This document shows, in pieces, positions 7,231 through 15,207 of a stretch of DNA of 15,207 bases. The first letter of the stretch is position 1. Each line of letters begins with the position of its first letter. The notes below the pieces were generated by a model, which saw only the letters and a program-made list of their open reading frames with translations, was not told the DNA's origin and ran no database searches. The position numbers and the translations under genes are program-made. Origin of the DNA: Cyanobacteria bacterium J06626_4 (GTDB taxonomy: Bacteria > Cyanobacteriota > Cyanobacteriia > Phormidesmidales > Phormidesmidaceae); contig JBCBJQ010000128.1 of NCBI GenBank assembly GCA_038523235.1, positions 1-15,207 of the forward strand. Direction: 5' to 3'.

Positions 7231-8274
7231 ATGTTTCGTTCGAGTACGAGTCGTCGTCGGTTTTTGGGTATGAGCCTAGGGGCGGCCCTGACCCCCGCCA
7301 TGCTATCCGTGTTAAGTAGCTGTGCCGGCGGTGGGAACAAAACCGCTTCCCACGGGGGGCGCGAAATCAAGTTCGCTCACGGCGCTGGCCTGTGCAACAT
7401 GCCGCTGTTCTACTCGGCGGAAAAGCAGTTGTTCAGTCAGTACGGCTTTACAGGAACCGCTGCGTTGACGCCGATGCCTGCTGATGTGGCGGTGCAGCTA
7501 GCCACGGGGCAAGTCGAAATGGCGGTAATTCCCTTTACGAATGCGATCGCCGCCTATACCCAAGGGGCTTCCTTCCAAATTGTTGCCGGTAGCGGTGTGG
7601 AAGGGTTGATCGTCGTTGCCAAGCCCGAAATCAAGTCCTTCGCTGACCTCAAAGGCAAAAAGTTGGCGACTTTCCAGGCTGACACTTTAGATGTGGTGGT
7701 CTATGACTACCTCAAGCAAGAGGGCTTGACCTACGAAGATGTCGAAATGGTTTATCTAGGCGACTCTACCGAGCTGCTGAATGCCTACGTGGCCGGGCAG
7801 GTCGACGCGGTGAGCCACATCGAACCCTACGCTACCCAGGCCAAGACTTCCACCAACGGCAACATCCTGGGCGACGGCACCGATATCTATGGGGCGGGCT
7901 ATCCCGACTGCGTACTGGCTGTGCGCAATGAGGTGATTGAGGCCGAGCCGGAAGTGGTGAAGGATGTCATCCGCGTCTTTTTTGAAGCGCAATACCAAAT
8001 TGAGAACAGCTTTGAAGAAGCGGCTAAAGCCACCATCGACAAGTACTACAAAACGGATATGAAAAGCCTGCTGGCCGCCGCTCAGGCCCAGCCACCGGGC
8101 GTGGATATTCGCGACAAGCGCGACTTTATGTATAGCCGGGCCCAGAGCATGAAGGAGCTGAACTATATCAACGATGATTTGGATGACAACTTCGTCAACT
8201 TCGCGCTGCTCGAAGAGGTGATTGCCGAAAGTCCTGAGCTATGGGAGCGAGTGAAGGTCAAGACCACCGCGTAA
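7231..8274 (+). CDS. NitT/TauT (SsuA/NMT1-like) ABC substrate-binding Tat lipoprotein
   Basis: GAGGAG ribosome-binding site at 7217-7222. Tat motif SRRRFL, lipobox LSSC, and motifs IKSFADLKGKK and AGQVDAVSHIEPY. Precedes the permease and ATPase. Confidence 0.92.
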   Translation: MFRSSTSRRRFLGMSLGAALTPAMLSVLSSCAGGGNKTASHGGREIKFAHGAGLCNMPLFYSAEKQLFSQYGFTGTAALTPMPADVAVQLATGQVEMAVIPFTNAIAAYTQGASFQIVAGSGVEGLIVVAKPEIKSFADLKGKKLATFQADTLDVVVYDYLKQEGLTYEDVEMVYLGDSTELLNAYVAGQVDAVSHIEPYATQAKTSTNGNILGDGTDIYGAGYPDCVLAVRNEVIEAEPEVVKDVIRVFFEAQYQIENSFEEAAKATIDKYYKTDMKSLLAAAQAQPPGVDIRDKRDFMYSRAQSMKELNYINDDLDDNFVNFALLEEVIAESPELWERVKVKTTA

Positions 8275-8282
8275 CCGTTTTC

Positions 8283-8336
8283 GGCATGGGGTTTAAGTCA
8301 TGCTGACTCCTGACCATGCTGCCCCGTGCCTTTCTC
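8283..8336 (+). terminator. Stem-loop between the binding-protein and permease genes
   Basis: GGCATGGGG (8283-8291) pairs with CCCCGTGCC (8322-8330), with one G-U pair and internal GTCA/TGAC pairing, followed by TTTCTC. Confidence 0.55.
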
Positions 8337-8372
8337 GTCGCCATCCTCATTAATTGAAGTTGCCTTCCCACC

Positions 8373-9266
8373 ATGACCACCAAAATGCCACCCAAAACGT
8401 CTTCTCAGAGTCGTTCGCCATCCCCTCACCGGGGCGGCCAAAGCGCGCGCACCCGTTGGGTTAAAAACGCCGCGCAGTCAGCGATGTGGTGGGTGATTTC
8501 CTTAGGTCTGTTCATCGGCATTTGGGAGCTGGTTACCGTTCTCGGATGGACCAACACCATTATCTTGCCGCCGCCCCACGAGTTTTTTGCCGAGATTGCG
8601 AATCAAGACCAGTTTCTTGCGCCCCGGATTGGGGTGGAGCGGACGGGCGGTAATTTTGTCTTGCTAACGGCGATCGTGGCCACCCTCAAACGGGTGCTGA
8701 TCGGCTTAGTGTTGGGTTTTACTGCGGCTTTGGGAGTCGGCGGGCTGGCCTGCTACTTCGATCTATTTGGCAAATTAACGTTGCCGGTGATCACCCTACT
8801 GGCTCCGATCGCCCCCATCGCCTGGATTCCCTTTGCCATCATGGCCTTTGGCATTGGTGACGGGGCCGCGATTTTTGTGGTGTTTATCGGCATCTTCTTT
8901 CTGCTGACGTTGGCTACGGTGAATGCGATCCGCAACGTCAATCAGCTTTATATCAATACGGCTAGAGTTTTGGGTGCCAGTCGGCGGCAGGTGATGTTTA
9001 AGGTCATCCTGCCCGCCATCATTCCTGACCTGTTCTTCATTTTGCGGATTAACTTTTTTGCAGCGTGGATGGCAGTGCTGGCGGCAGAAATGGTGGGCGT
9101 GAATACGGGCTTGGGGGCGATCGTCATGGTGGGTCGCCAGATGTTTAACGCCAAACTGATGTTCCTCGGTATGGCGGTGATTGGGCTAGTGGGATATTTG
9201 CTGGATGTCGGCTTTCGGCAGCTTCAGAATCGGGTGCTCTGGTGGAAAGGGGCTTCGCAGCTGTAG
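8373..9266 (+). CDS. NitT/TauT (SsuC/TauC-like) ABC permease
   Basis: Motifs ILPPP, PIAPIAWIP, EAA loop INTARVLGASRRQV, and WMAVLAAEMVG..GLG. Multiple hydrophobic helices. Confidence 0.94.
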   Translation: MTTKMPPKTSSQSRSPSPHRGGQSARTRWVKNAAQSAMWWVISLGLFIGIWELVTVLGWTNTIILPPPHEFFAEIANQDQFLAPRIGVERTGGNFVLLTAIVATLKRVLIGLVLGFTAALGVGGLACYFDLFGKLTLPVITLLAPIAPIAWIPFAIMAFGIGDGAAIFVVFIGIFFLLTLATVNAIRNVNQLYINTARVLGASRRQVMFKVILPAIIPDLFFILRINFFAAWMAVLAAEMVGVNTGLGAIVMVGRQMFNAKLMFLGMAVIGLVGYLLDVGFRQLQNRVLWWKGASQL

Positions 9267-9278
9267 GCAGGTGAAATT

Positions 9279-10085
9279 ATGGGACAAATCGTCTGTGATC
9301 ACGTTTCAAAGGTCTGGAATCCTGATAACGCGGATGCCAACCTGGCGATCGATGAGGTGAGCTTTACGGTCAATCCAGGGGAGTTTCTGGTCATCATCGG
9401 GCCGAGTGGCTGCGGCAAGAGTACGCTGCTCAGCATGATGGCGGGTCTGGAAATGCCCACCGCTGGGGCCATGATTCACAACGGCGAGCCGATCGCTGGC
9501 CCCTCGACCGATCGCTCGATGATCTTTCAACAAGCCTCGCTATTTCCCTGGCTCTCAGTGCTCGATAACGTGGCCTTTGGCCTCGATTTGCAAGGCATTA
9601 GCAAGAAGGAACGGACGGAACGCGCGAAGCATTATCTGCAACAAGTCGGGTTGCTGAAGTCCGCTACCCGCTATCCCCACCAGCTCTCGGGCGGAATGCA
9701 ACAGCGGGCCTGCATCGCCCGCGCCCTCTGTCTCGGCACTGATGTGCTGCTGATGGACGAACCCTTTGCGGCGCTAGACGTGCAAACCCGTCACCAGATG
9801 CAAAAGTTTTTACTAGAGCTGTGGGAAGGCACGAACAAGACGGTGGTTTTCGTGACGCATCACATCGACGAGGCGGTGTATCTGGCCGATCGCGTCCTCA
9901 TCCTCACGGCTAACCCCGGTCGCGTGTTGGAGATGATTCCCATTGAGATGGAACGCCCTCGCGACATGATGAGCAAGGGATTTGAGTATCACCGCAATCT
10001 GTTTGTCGAGCACCTGCGATCGGAGGTGGTGCGCGCCTTTGAAGAGCAAGAACTCGCCGAAATGTTGGATACGCGGATTAAGTAA
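9279..10085 (+). CDS. NitT/TauT (SsuB/TauB-like) ABC ATPase
   Basis: Walker [11 protein letters not shown]-loop [10 protein letters not shown], signature LSGGMQQR, Walker B LLMDEPF and H-loop VTHHIDEA. Confidence 0.96.
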   Translation: MGQIVCDHVSKVWNPDNADANLAIDEVSFTVNPGEFLVIIGPSGCGKSTLLSMMAGLEMPTAGAMIHNGEPIAGPSTDRSMIFQQASLFPWLSVLDNVAFGLDLQGISKKERTERAKHYLQQVGLLKSATRYPHQLSGGMQQRACIARALCLGTDVLLMDEPFAALDVQTRHQMQKFLLELWEGTNKTVVFVTHHIDEAVYLADRVLILTANPGRVLEMIPIEMERPRDMMSKGFEYHRNLFVEHLRSEVVRAFEEQELAEMLDTRIK

Positions 10086-10570
10086 TGGGACTCAACAATT
10101 TTCCGCTGTTGCAAAACCTCGCTCAGTTTGTCCTTGGTAAAGAACAGGCTGAGGATAAGCCCGCGATCGATATTTGGTCCTATGCGGAACCGGCGGGCGA
10201 GGAGCCTGATCCGTTGCAGCGCAACGTGTTGCAGTGGCGACGGTTAATCACTTCGGTGCGGGAGCCAGTGGACGAGTTCCCTGGTCAGTCCGTCGATATC
10301 GTCGGGTTTGTCCATCGGCCTTTTCCGTCCATGCCTAATCAATTTGTGCTGGCGCGACGAATCATTCGCTGTTGCCTAGCCGATACGGTGCCGCTGGGGC
10401 TGGCGATCGCCACTGACACTGCCGATACCTATGAGGCTGACCAGTGGTTGCGGGTGCAGGGCACCTTTGGTACCACCCTCTATCGCAATCGCCCTACCCT
10501 GATCGTGAAACCTGATACCATCACTGCCATTGACGAACCGCAGAAGGTTTATATCAACGGGGTTTTCTAA
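10085..10570 (+). CDS. Stand-alone DUF1980 C-terminal / TIGR03943 (YcgQ-like) domain protein
   Basis: GQSVDIVGFV, FVLARRIIRCCLADTVPLGL, DQWLRVQG and IDEPQKVY match the family pattern GxxVxxxGFV...ARFxxxCCxAD...DxWxxVxG...IxxPxxPY. Translationally coupled to the ATPase (TAATG at 10083-10087). No transmembrane N-terminus is evident. Confidence 0.75.
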   Translation: MGLNNFPLLQNLAQFVLGKEQAEDKPAIDIWSYAEPAGEEPDPLQRNVLQWRRLITSVREPVDEFPGQSVDIVGFVHRPFPSMPNQFVLARRIIRCCLADTVPLGLAIATDTADTYEADQWLRVQGTFGTTLYRNRPTLIVKPDTITAIDEPQKVYINGVF

Positions 10571-10574
10571 CGCC

Positions 10575-11312
10575 ATGTCGGCAGCAAAGCGGGTTTTATT
10601 GGGGATGCTGACGCCGTCATCCAATACAGTGTTGGAGCCGGTCACCACGGCGATTTTGCAAGATTTAGACACCGTCTCGGCCCATTTCAGTCGCTTTCGC
10701 GTTACTGAAATTTCGCTATCGGAAGTAGCGCTGGGACAATTTGACGATCGCCCTTTATTAACCGCCGCCGAACTATTAGCAGATGCCAAGGTAGACGTGA
10801 TTGCCTGGAATGGCACCTCGGCAGGCTGGCTAGGCTTTGAGCGGGATGTGCAATTGTGCGATCGCATTCAATCCGTCACCGGCATTCCGGCGACCACCTC
10901 TGTGTTAGCGCTCAATGAACTGTTTCAGCAGCAGCACGTCACGCGCTTTGGCCTCGTCACGCCCTATACCGCCGATGTTCAGGCCAAGATCGTACAGAAC
11001 TATAGTCAAGCAGGCTTCGACTGCGTTGCCGAACGCCATTTAGATCTCTCGGTCAACTTTGCCTTTTCCGAAGTCACCGCAGACAGCATTACTCAGCAGG
11101 TCAAGGCTGTTGCCCAGACTCAACCCCAGGCCATTACTACCTTTTGCACTAACCTGAGGGCCGCACCCCTGGTGGCTGATCTCGAAGCGCAAATCGGCAT
11201 TCCCGTTTATGACACCATTTCAGTGGTGGTCTGGAAATCGTTGCTTCTCGCTGGAGCCGACCCCTTGCAAGTGAAAGGCTGGGGGCAGTTGTTTACGACT
11301 GAGGCCCCATGA
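10575..11312 (+). CDS. Asp/Glu racemase superfamily enzyme (maleate isomerase / arylmalonate decarboxylase-like)
   Basis: Motifs LGMLTPSSNTVLEP, HFSR, LADAKVDVIAWNGTS, LVTPY and FCTNL. The ATG at 10575 is preferred over 10530, which would overlap the upstream gene by 41 bp. Confidence 0.88.
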   Translation: MSAAKRVLLGMLTPSSNTVLEPVTTAILQDLDTVSAHFSRFRVTEISLSEVALGQFDDRPLLTAAELLADAKVDVIAWNGTSAGWLGFERDVQLCDRIQSVTGIPATTSVLALNELFQQQHVTRFGLVTPYTADVQAKIVQNYSQAGFDCVAERHLDLSVNFAFSEVTADSITQQVKAVAQTQPQAITTFCTNLRAAPLVADLEAQIGIPVYDTISVVVWKSLLLAGADPLQVKGWGQLFTTEAP

Positions 11313-12715
11313 CGCCACTCCATCAATGGTCTGCCACTCAGCTACAGCAAGGGCTCGCCCAAAAAGAAATTCGAGCCACGGAGGTCATTGATAGCTGTTT
11401 GCAAGCGATCGAACAGTCTAACGACAAGCTACAGGCGCTGATCACGGTCTGTGCCGATCAGGCTTTAGCAGCGGCGCAGCAGGTTGACGAGGCTCGCAGT
11501 CGGGGGGAATCTCTGGTGCCGTTAGCGGGAATTCCCTTTTCCGCTAAGGACCTGACGCCAACGGCGGGCGTTCGCACGACAATGGGGTCGCTGATTTACC
11601 AGGACTGGGTCCCCACGCAAGACGAGCTGTGCATTGCCCGGTTGAAACAAGCGGGCGGTATTCTTTTGGGCAAAACCAACACCCCCGAATTTGGGCTCGG
11701 CGCTCACTGTACCAATCCGCTGTTCGGCCCCACGGCGAATCCTTATGACCCAGCCCGCAGTTCCGGCGGGTCGAGTGGTGGGGCAGCGGTTTCGGTGGCG
11801 ACAGGCATGTGTGCCCTGGCCCAGGGGACAGACATGGGCGGCTCTGTCAGAACGCCTGCCAGCTTTTGTGGGGTGGTGGGCCTGCGGCCCAGTGCGGGCC
11901 GCATTCCGCGATCGCGCAAACCGTTGTTGTGGGACTACCTCGACACCGATGGTATTCTGGCGCGCACCGTCGAAGATGCGGCGCTCATGCTCTCGGTGAT
12001 GGCCGGTTGGGATGCAAATGATCCGATCGCGATCGCCGCGCCGTGGTCCCCCCCCAGCTTCGATGCAGCGGTCCAGTGCACGGGCAACGTCCGGGTGGGC
12101 TTTAGCGCCGATCTGGGTATTACGCCTATCGATACTGAGGTGCAAGCGGTGTTTGAGCAGGCGATCGCCCGCTTAACGCCCCTGTGCCAACGAGTGACCC
12201 CCACCCATCCCGATTGTTCAATGGCGCAATCGGCCTTCGAGAAGATGCGAGCGGCGCTCCTCTGGTACAAACAGAAGCAACACTATGAACAGCATTTTGA
12301 CCAGCTTACCGACACCGTTCGGTGGAATGTCGCCCGTGGCCAAGACCTCTCTGCCACTGAATTCCTCGCCGCCTCTGCCCAGCGCGACCAGCTGTACCGC
12401 AACTTTCTGAGCTTCTTTGAAACCCACGATATTCTGGCGATCGTCAGCGCCTGCGTGCCGCCTTTCCCCCATGATCAGCCAGAGGTACTAATGGTCAACG
12501 ACACGCCCCTGCGTAATATCATCGACTACCTCACCATCACCTACACCATTTCACTGACGGGCCTGCCCACCCTCTCAGTCCCCTGTGGCTGGACGGCATC
12601 AGGGCTGCCCGTGGGGATGCAGCTTGTGGGGCCACCCCACAGCGAAGCGCCCCTGTTGCAATTTGCCTACGCCCTGCAGGAAGCCTTGGGGTTTCGCCAT
12701 CGCTGGCCTGAGTGA
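11309..12715 (+). CDS. Amidase-signature family amidase (substrate unknown)
   Basis: Motifs PFSAKD, GKTNTPEFG, SSGGSSGGAAVSVA, GTDMGGSVRTPASFCG and GLPVGMQLVG. ATGA overlap with the upstream gene. Confidence 0.94.
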   Translation: MTPLHQWSATQLQQGLAQKEIRATEVIDSCLQAIEQSNDKLQALITVCADQALAAAQQVDEARSRGESLVPLAGIPFSAKDLTPTAGVRTTMGSLIYQDWVPTQDELCIARLKQAGGILLGKTNTPEFGLGAHCTNPLFGPTANPYDPARSSGGSSGGAAVSVATGMCALAQGTDMGGSVRTPASFCGVVGLRPSAGRIPRSRKPLLWDYLDTDGILARTVEDAALMLSVMAGWDANDPIAIAAPWSPPSFDAAVQCTGNVRVGFSADLGITPIDTEVQAVFEQAIARLTPLCQRVTPTHPDCSMAQSAFEKMRAALLWYKQKQHYEQHFDQLTDTVRWNVARGQDLSATEFLAASAQRDQLYRNFLSFFETHDILAIVSACVPPFPHDQPEVLMVNDTPLRNIIDYLTITYTISLTGLPTLSVPCGWTASGLPVGMQLVGPPHSEAPLLQFAYALQEALGFRHRWPE

Positions 12716-13162
12716 TCGTGTTCAAAATAATCCCCATCCAAGTTGAAAACTTGAGTTCTGAGGGATGGTATGGCTTAGTTGTAGCCACAGAAAAATTCTG
12801 GTCATCAAGGCTCAAAAATAGTTCGTGCCTAATTTTGGCCTGAATCGCTCAAAGGTTATGGTTTGAACCGCCTGAGTTGTCGTTCACTCGATTTTGATGA
12901 ACCCTTGCTGTATCTGAGGAGTGGTTGTTGCTAGGGGACAACTATTCGGTTGGTCTACGTTGCCTATCACTCGCCGTAGACAAACTCATGACTCACAAAT
13001 AGCCTCTCGGCGGTCGGGTGAATTGGGACGGTTATGCCACCGTGTTTGGTTAGCAGAGGGCACTGACCAGCGCCTGGCCGCGCAGGTCTAAAGCGAGACA
13101 AACCAAAGGCTTTGAGGCATCATAGGAGGCCAAGTATATTGATTCCTACTTTTGCCGATCGC

Positions 13163-15202
13163 ATGTCCTTTGCCAACTTCACAAATCCCTATAAAAGCCC
13201 AGCCGATGTGCCAGAGGGCTATCGGCTGCACCCCAGTCTGTCGAAACTATTTAAGGCAGACGGCACCTATGTGCGTCCGGCTGAAGATCCAGTCACCCTC
13301 TGGGCGATCGCCCTCCTACACCAGGAATATGGTGTGCCGTTGGATGCCCTCGAACTAGAACTGTATGCTGACTTTTCCGAAGGGACGCATCAGGGGGGGC
13401 GGCGGTACCAAGGACGGGCAGATGCCATTGTCTATGATGACCGCTACATCGGTGCGGGGGGCGGTTTAGATGTCGCCTTCATTATGGTGGAGGCAATGGA
13501 GCCAGGGAAAAAGTTTGAGGGCACGGAACCGGAAGGCTGGGTGGAGCACTTAAATCGCCTCAATGCTTACATGAGCGCATCGCCCTCGGCTCGGTATGCC
13601 ATCCTGACCAGCGGCACGAATACCAAAATCTATCGCCGGGATTTGGAATATCCCCGTGCCCTCCAGGAAATTGGGGATTTGCCCAAGTACGAAAGTGCGA
13701 GATCGGCGGCGGAGCACAGTCCTTATAAGGTTATCCTCAATCCGAGTGAACCGGATGGGATTCAAACCGGACTGGAACCCCTGACCCGCGACAAGTTTCG
13801 GGAGGTGTTGGGGGATACGCGATCAGGCTGTCACGCCATCCTACGGGATAACGAGGGTTTGCAACCCCAGGAAGCTGTGGATGCGATGGTGAAGTTTTTG
13901 TTTGCCAAGTGGTACGACGAGCAGGCCACTATTGACTTGGTGAAGCGAACCGAGGAAGTGCGCTCCTATGTATTCAGCTACAAGCAGGGGGAAACAGACC
14001 CAGAGCGTTTGATGGTGCAGGTACGGGATACCTTTGAAAAGGCAAAGCAGTGGGAGCGGGAGACTCTCAGCGAAAAGTTTGGCGATAATCTGGGCATTCG
14101 GTTGGCGTTTACTGAATCAGAGGCACTGGAGTTTAAGCCCCACACGACGCAGTTGATTGTGGAACGATTGCAGCCCTGGAGTTTGCGGAAGTCTACGGCA
14201 GATGTGAAGGGGGGCGTGTTTGAGGATTTTCTGGGCAAAACCTTTCGGGATGATCTGGGGCAATATTTTACGCCGACCCCGGTGATTAATCTGATGGTGG
14301 GGATTTTGCAGCCGACGGTGCATGATTTTGTCGGTGATCCGGCCTGTGGTTCAGCGCGGATGTTGACCCACGTGTTGGACTATGTGCGGAAGCAGGAGTT
14401 GACACGGGCTGAGACGGAAGGGCTGGCGGTGACAAACCCGGATGAACCGACACCGGAGTTTGTTGCCTGTCGGGATAATCACCTGTTTGGGGCGGAGATT
14501 TCCCGCAATGTGATGCATGTGGCGCGGGTGAATTGCCTGATGAATGGGGCGCAGTATGCGGATTTGAAAGTGATGGATGCCCTACAACCGTTGGGCAGCG
14601 TTACCGGCGGCATGATGGAGGGTTTACCTGATCGACCGGGGTTTTATCCGGGTGGGCTGACGATGATTTTGACCAATCCGCCGTTTGGATCGAAGGTGAC
14701 GAGTGCGGGGATTTTGAAAGATTTAGCGGCACGGGATGGGGTGACGAAGAAGAAAGGCAAAGTTGTCAAAAGCCTGCCGCAAGAAATTGTTTTTTTGAAC
14801 CGCTGCCTAGAGTTTCTGAAACCAGGGGGAAAGCTTGCAATCGTTTTACCTGACGGAGTTTTAGCGAATAGCCAGACTCAGGATGTGCGAGATTGGATTT
14901 TTCGTTGGGCAAAGCTGAAAGCTGTTCTTAGCTTACCTCAAGAAACGTTTGCACCTTACGGAGCAGGTGTAAAAACTAGTATTCTCGTCTTGCAAAAACG
15001 AGAAACGCAAATTTCTTCTGGACAACTCGAAATAGGCCAGGATGTCACAGAGGAAGAGGATTATGACGTCTACATGGCAAGAATAGACAGTATTGGCTAC
15101 GACGCAACTGGGCGACTAAGTGTGTCAGAAGACGAATCACACTGCCCATCAGATATTTCTTGGACAATTGTGAAGTTTAACGAGTTACAAGGATGGCTCT
15201 AA
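13163..15202 (+). CDS. N6-adenine DNA methyltransferase (HsdM-like) with an N-terminal HsdR_N/PD-(D/E)xK-like domain
   Basis: Methyltransferase motifs GQYFTP, DPACGS, LTNPPFG and LAIVLPDG..N. N-terminal PAEDPV...EYG...GRADAIVY...IMVEAM...AILTSG resembles HSDR_N domains. The ATG at 13163 is preferred over the TTG at 13112. Confidence 0.88.
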   Translation: MSFANFTNPYKSPADVPEGYRLHPSLSKLFKADGTYVRPAEDPVTLWAIALLHQEYGVPLDALELELYADFSEGTHQGGRRYQGRADAIVYDDRYIGAGGGLDVAFIMVEAMEPGKKFEGTEPEGWVEHLNRLNAYMSASPSARYAILTSGTNTKIYRRDLEYPRALQEIGDLPKYESARSAAEHSPYKVILNPSEPDGIQTGLEPLTRDKFREVLGDTRSGCHAILRDNEGLQPQEAVDAMVKFLFAKWYDEQATIDLVKRTEEVRSYVFSYKQGETDPERLMVQVRDTFEKAKQWERETLSEKFGDNLGIRLAFTESEALEFKPHTTQLIVERLQPWSLRKSTADVKGGVFEDFLGKTFRDDLGQYFTPTPVINLMVGILQPTVHDFVGDPACGSARMLTHVLDYVRKQELTRAETEGLAVTNPDEPTPEFVACRDNHLFGAEISRNVMHVARVNCLMNGAQYADLKVMDALQPLGSVTGGMMEGLPDRPGFYPGGLTMILTNPPFGSKVTSAGILKDLAARDGVTKKKGKVVKSLPQEIVFLNRCLEFLKPGGKLAIVLPDGVLANSQTQDVRDWIFRWAKLKAVLSLPQETFAPYGAGVKTSILVLQKRETQISSGQLEIGQDVTEEEDYDVYMARIDSIGYDATGRLSVSEDESHCPSDISWTIVKFNELQGWL

Positions 15203-15207
15203 ATATA

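Larger units (their letters stand above)
2959..13311. repeat. Dispersed HIP1 octamers (GCGATCGC)
   Basis: Counted by eye at 2959, 2983, 4312, 4733, 5007, 6209, 7543, 10403, 10858, 11908, 12029, 12161 and 13304. Fewer than one copy is expected by chance in 15 kb, so this marks the host as a cyanobacterium. Confidence 0.9.

Noticed and set aside
11309..12715. Naming the amidase gatA or atzE, or the deaminase triA, atzA or guaD
   Set aside because: Only family-level motifs are visible. There is no gatB/gatC context and no cyanuric acid hydrolase or biuret hydrolase in the window.
12716..13162. ORF 12537..12815 and a stop-interrupted frame near 12988-13125 as pseudogenes
   Set aside because: No recognisable homology, so they cannot be supported without a translated search.
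5444..14323. Shadow ORFs such as 5444..5701, 6094..6879, 10376..10867, 11522..12145 and 13978..14238
   Set aside because: They overlap strongly supported genes on another strand or frame and have no domain motifs.
1..15207. CRISPR array or rRNA
   Set aside because: No regularly spaced repeat-spacer units or rRNA-like sequence were seen.

Overview
Cyanobacterial DNA: about 13 perfect HIP1 GCGATCGC octamers, plus NtcA- and SphR-type boxes. From left to right: (1) a minus-strand phosphate ABC operon pstS-pstC-pstA (pstA runs off the left edge), with a probable Pho box and three hairpins, including a perfect 40-bp palindrome, between pstS and pstC. (2) About 1 kb of mobile-element debris: a decayed IS1 InsB 3' half cut at a HIP1 site, an integrase Arm-DNA-binding fragment, and an att-like tRNA-Ala(CGC) 3' half whose T-loop carries two tandem 23-bp hairpin insertions. 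(3) A divergent eight-gene cluster behind a canonical NtcA-activated promoter: an amidase on the minus strand, then a metal-dependent deaminase, NitT/TauT ABC binding protein, permease and ATPase, a stand-alone DUF1980-C/TIGR03943-like protein, a one-cysteine Asp/Glu-racemase/AMDase-family enzyme and a second amidase. This looks like an uptake and catabolic pathway for an unidentified organic nitrogen compound and is the best candidate for an undescribed system. (4) An HsdR_N-HsdM fusion N6-adenine methyltransferase with a degenerate nuclease motif and an AT-rich 3' end. All family assignments come from motif recognition by eye; no database searches were run.
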